Below, piece by piece: positions 59,508 through 64,000 of a stretch of DNA of 64,000 nucleotides. Position numbers and translations under genes: made by a program. The notes under the pieces were generated by a model. The model did not search any database. It was not told where the DNA came from and saw only the letters and a program-made list of their open reading frames with translations. Source of the DNA: the human T2T-CHM13v2.0 reference genome, Homo sapiens. Numbering within the stretch: position 1 is the stretch's first letter; every line of letters begins with the position of its first letter. Location: NCBI RefSeq assembly GCF_009914755.1, contig NC_060931.1; one strand, given 5' to 3'.

Positions 59508-61428
59508 TTTTATTTATTTTTTCTCTTTTTTTATCTTTCTGGGTACAGAGTAGGTATATATATTTACGGGGTACATGAGATGTTTCGATACAGGCATGCA
59601 GTGTGAAATAAGCACATCATAGAGAATGGGGTACCTATCCTCTCAAGCATTTATCCTTTGAGTTACAAAAAATCCAATTGCACTCTTTAAGCTATTTTAA
59701 AATGCACAATTAGGTTATTATTGGTATAGTTACCCTGTTGTGCTATCAAAGAGTGGGCCTTATTCATTCTTTCTAACGTTTTTTTGGTACCCATTAACCA
59801 TCCACACCTCCCCACTAGTCCCCAATTACCCTTCCTAGCCTCTGGTAACCATCCTTCTACTGTGTTCATGAGTTCAGTTGCTTTCATTTTTAGACCCCAC
59901 AGATAAGAACATGCAATGTTTGTCTTTCTGTGCCTGGCGTATGTCATTCAACATAATGCCCTCCAGTTCCATCCATGTTGTTGCAAATGACTATCTCTCA
60001 TTCTTTTTTATGGCTGAATAGTATTCCATTGTGTATATGTACCACGTTTTCTTTATCCATTCATCTGTTGATAGACACAGAGGTTGCTTCCAAATCTCAG
60101 CTGTTGTGGACAGTGATGCAAAAAACATAGGAAAGCAGGTATCCTTTTGATATATAATCTTTCTTTTGTGTATACACTCAGCAGTGGGATTACTGGATAC
60201 TATGGTTGCTCAATTTTTACTTTTTTGAGAAACTTCAAACTGTTCTCCATAATGGTTGTACTAATTTACATTCCCACCAACAGTGTACAAGGGTTCCCTT
60301 TTCTCTGCATCCTCCTCAGCATTTGTAATTGCTGTCTTTTGAACATAAGCCATTGTCTTTTGAATATAAGCCATTTTAACTGGGGTGAAATGATATCTCA
60401 CTGTAGTTTTGATTTGCATTTCTCTGATGATCAGTGGTGCTGAACACCTTTTCATACACCTGTTTGTCATTTGTATGTCTTTTTTTGAGAAACTGTCTAT
60501 TCAGATCTTTTGCCCATTTTTAAATTGAATCATTAGATTTTTTCCTATAGAGTTGAGTTCCTTATATATTCTGGTTATTAATCCCTTGCCAGATGGGTAG
60601 CTTACAAATATTTTCTCCCATTCTGTGGGTTGTCTCTTCAATTTGTTCATTGTATCCTTGCTGTGCAGGAAGATCTTCAACTTAATGTGATCCCATTTGT
60701 CCATTTTTGCATTAGTTGCCTGTGCTTGTGGAGTATTGCTCAAGAAATTTTTACCCAGATCAATTTCCTGAAAATTTTCCCCAATCTTGTAGTTTCATAG
60801 TTTGAGCTCTAAAAGTCTTTAAACCATTTTGATTAGATTTTTTATATGGTGAGAGATAGGGGTCTAGTTTCATTCTTCTGCATGTGGATAGCCAGTTCTC
60901 CCAGCACCATTTATTAAAGAGACTGTGTCTTCCTCAGTGCATGTCTTGGCACCTTGTTGAAAACGAGTTCACTGTAGGTGTGTGGGTTTGTTTCTGGGTT
61001 CTCCATTCTGTTCCATTGGTCTATGTGTCTGTTTTCATGCAATTACCATGCTGTTTGGGTTACTATAGCTCTGTAGCATAATTTGAAGTCAGGTAATGTG
61101 ATTCCTCCAGTTTTGCTGTTTTTGCTTAGGGTAGCCTTGGCTATTCCGGATCTTTTGTGGTTTCATATAAATTTTAGGATTGTTTTTTCTATTTCTGGGA
61201 AGAATGTCATTGGTATTTTGGTTGGGATTGCATTGAATCTGTAGATTGCTTTGGGTAATATGGATATTTTAACAACATTGATTATTCTAATCCATGAACA
61301 TGAAATATTTTTTCCATTTGTGGTGTCCTCTTGGATTTCTTTCATCAGTGTTTACAGTTTTCATTACAGAGATCTTTCACTTCTCTGGTTAGTTCCTAGG
61401 TAGTTAATTTTATTTGTGTCTATTGTAC
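59508..61428 (-). mobile_element. L1MA (L1MA2-like) distal ORF2 plus 3'UTR
   Basis: ORFs 61163..61345 ([25 protein letters not shown]), 60501..60743 and 60261..60470 are degenerate ORF2. L1MA 3'UTR and T-rich tail at the left end. Confidence 0.9.
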
Positions 61429-61665
61429 ACGCTGGTGTAAATGGTGGAGGTGAGGTGGTATCAGTGATTCAGTACTGTTTTTTCTATTTCTTCAGTGCTC
61501 CTTTCAGCAATATGGAACTATAACCGGGTATTATGAGTGCTCACCTGATTTTTGGTTCTTATGAAGGTCTTTTTTTCTGTGTAGATAGTTGTTAAATTAG
61601 GGTCACTGCCTGGGAGACAATTGGTGGAGACTTCAATTCCCTAATCTTGCTCCACCTCCTTCTCA
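61429..61665 (-). mobile_element. L1MA/L1M2-type 5'UTR terminus
   Basis: Reverse complement reads ggaggtggagcaagatt...ctccaccaat...ttaacaactatctacacagaaaaaaagaccttcataagaaccaaaaatcaggtgagcactcata, resembling the 5' end of L1MA1-3 as I recall it. Confidence 0.7.
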
Positions 61666-62224
61666 ACAGTCAACTGTCATTTTTTTAACTAATAAGAGTT
61701 ACCCTTGTTATGGTTATACAGGTATTTCTCTCTGAACCTACTTTCTTATCTATGACATAAAGACCATACTGCTTGCCCCCGCTAATATCATAGAAGTGAA
61801 AGAGTCAACAATATGGGAAAGCATTCTGGACACTGAAGTGTTCTGCATATGTAACAGTTTTTAACTGAAATTTTAATCCATAACTCATAATTCTAAAATA
61901 AGCTATCACCATGGATAAACAAAGTCATGTCAGAATCACCACATCATGACTCAAGTCCTGTTCCCAAGCCTTCCCTAATTAATTTTAATTCATTTTAATC
62001 ATATAGTGATTCAGTATCTTCATGTGATGATTCACGTGTTTTAATTTGCCAAATGTTGCTTCTAGACTATTTTCAGAAACATTCTGTTGAGCTCTTAGGA
62101 AAGTCACGATTTGGATAGCGAATAGGATGGGAGTTACTATTTTATTCCAACTTAAGCCCAATCATATGTTTTTTCTTAATTTAGATCATCTACTCCTATA
62201 ACAATGATAATTTAGAAACCACAT

Positions 62225-62420
62225 GGTACAGATGGTTAGGCATAGGCTTCTGGGATTTAAATACCAGTTATTTATTAGCTGGATTTAATTTTCTGCAATT
62301 TATTTTATCTTTCTAAATGTGCATCTGAAAAATGGGGATAGTAACTCCCTCTTAAATGAGACAGTGATCTTAAAGAGCAGAATATAGTCCCTAGACATGG
62401 TAAATGTTGTCTAAGTGTAA
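62225..62420 (+). mobile_element. MIR adjacent to the donor of the 169-nt exon
   Basis: catctgaaaaatggggatagtaact...cctagacatggtaaatg. Confidence 0.55.
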
Positions 62421-62452
62421 GAATACAATGGCACAAGAGAGCATCTACTTAC

Positions 62453-62621
62453 AGTTCACAGATGCCACCTCTGGCAGGAATGAGAGGCACAAGTTGCAGT
62501 AAAAGCTTGACACCATTTTGCCATTCTTCTTCTCTTTCAAATTCACAGTACAAGTAGCTACATTCATCAGAGGAAAACTGGTAGAAAACATAAGTATCTT
62601 GAAAGTATAGATGCTGGTCCA
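62453..62621 (-). CDS. RAPGEF5: RAPGEF5 internal coding exon, 169 nt (phase 1 to phase 2); end of DEP domain plus linker: (V)DQHLYFQDTYVFYQFSSDECSYLYCEFEREEEWQNGVKLLLQLVPLIPARGGICE(L)
   Basis: Minus-strand acceptor ttttttgtttcaaacag|TG and donor GAACT|gtaagt. Open frame matches ORF 62449..62634. FQDTYVFYQF resembles the DEP-terminal motif of Epac proteins. Confidence 0.96.
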
Positions 62622-62998
62622 CTGTTTGAAACAAAAAATATATAGATCAATTTTTTAAAAGATATTACTCAGAGAGTAATAACTCAAATGATAAATTGAA
62701 AGCCCTAATAATTGGGAGCAATCAGGGTTAAGACTATAATTATACATTCTAAGCTCATTCATGTTTATAATCCCATTGAATTGGAAAGGACTTACTGACT
62801 AGTCTATTTTTACTACTAGAAGCTCTGGCCAGCATATTCACATGTATTCATATTTTTTCTGCTTCAGAGACAGGTGCAGATAAAATCAATAACAATTCAA
62901 AGAGGATGGGGAGAAATCTTTTTTAGTGACCCAAAGCAAATTAGTATATTTAATTAATTTAGTAATACAGAAATACAACATAATGGCAAGTTTTAGAT

Positions 62999-63217
62999 CA
63001 ATGATTCTCAACTTAGGGTGACTGTGCCTCCCCCAGGGGACATTTGGTGACGTCTAGACATTTTTGGTTGTTACATTTTGGGGGCAGAGCGCTACTAGTA
63101 TTGGAGGGTAGAAAAAAGGGATGCTGTTAAAAAAAACCCTACAATGTACGGGACAGCCCGTCACAACAAAGAACTATCTAACCCAAATGTCAATACTACC
63201 AAGGTGGGGAAACCCTG
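62999..63217. mobile_element. MER20 hAT element
   Basis: caatgattctcaac...ccccaggggacatttgg...cacaacaaagaactatctaacccaaatgtcaata...gaaaccctg. Confidence 0.88.
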
Positions 63218-64000
63218 TTTTAAAGGAATCAAGAGCTAGAGATTTTTCCAAAAGGTATTAGTACAAAATGTTTTGCTAACCAAAAGCCTGAAACTATCAA
63301 GTATCCTAATAATACCTCCATTCTTCAAAGGTAGTTAACTAATTTTATAAATAAGAGTATTCGGTGCTAGGTACTATTGACTATCTAAGACGATTACACC
63401 CACGTCCATATCTGTACCATTCTTTCACAACAGGACCAGGGGTATGCCCTTGATATTTATTACCTATAGGAAAAAAGTGCTTTTCAGTGACCAACTAGCA
63501 GCTGAGAGACTGGGCTAAATAAATAATCCAGATTGCTCGGTTTCTAATCCTTCAGTTCTCTGGGCTCAACTAAGAAAAGAGATATCCATCACCTATTTTA
63601 GTTGCCAGTTAACATCTACTTTCTGTTCAGTCTAAACAGCTAATTTTCATAGGTCATATATCAAAGTGTTCATGATTACTTAGTCAATTAAAATGGCATA
63701 ACATCCCACTCATAAAATCAGTTTCTGATGATTATCCTAACTACAAGATAAATCACACACTTAGAGCAACTAAAGATGTCACTGATTTTGAAAAAAGTTT
63801 GTAAGCAGCATATTGAGTTCAGAAGAAAGGAAGTAGAGGAAGGACTCCTACAGGTAATATTAGTCTATGAATCAGCAAGTATCTAATAATTTTTGCAAGA
63901 ATTGTAAGAGAAATAAGTGAATCAAAAGATGACCTGTCACTTAGAAAATAAGAGAGAATACAAATATTTATCTTCAAAAATAATTTCCATCCAGACTGTA

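Noticed and set aside
62449-62634. ORF as a standalone 61-aa gene
   Set aside because: The start and stop lie in intron sequence. The real unit is the spliced exon 62453-62621.

Overview
Human genomic DNA (an AluYa5 carrying all five diagnostic changes is present) lying inside the RAPGEF5 (GFR/MR-GEF/Repac) gene, which runs on the minus strand. Three small coding exons with GT-AG boundaries (62621-62453, 45355-45289, 21126-21078) splice in frame to give ...VDQHLYFQDTYVFYQFSSDECSYLYCEFEREEEWQNGVKLLLQLVPLIPARGGICEL-SHQKIEDSEESSDEILVRLTSA-VQRELAAVIALKARKS..., the end of the DEP domain plus an Epac-like linker. Everything else is intron, dense in repeats: about 17 Alus, several L1 fragments, L2/MIR, MaLR/ERV solo LTRs and MER DNA transposons. 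Nearly all ORFs in the supplied track are repeat-derived or chance ORFs. I found no wholly new biological system. The most unusual structures are: (1) two tailless retrocopies of Pol III RNAs with target-site duplications (TSDs) and microhomology priming, a near-perfect 5' tRNA-Arg(ACG) fragment at 40224-40265 and a 5S rRNA 1-90 copy at 52708-52797; (2) an Alu with a 5' inversion of twin-priming type at 13930-14218; (3) a young AluYa5 about 410 bp past the donor of the 67-nt exon; (4) an L1MA whose 5' end is joined directly to distal ORF2; (5) exon peptides resembling a vestige of the Epac cAMP-binding domain. Repeat subfamilies were assigned from remembered consensus sequences, and old-repeat boundaries are approximate.
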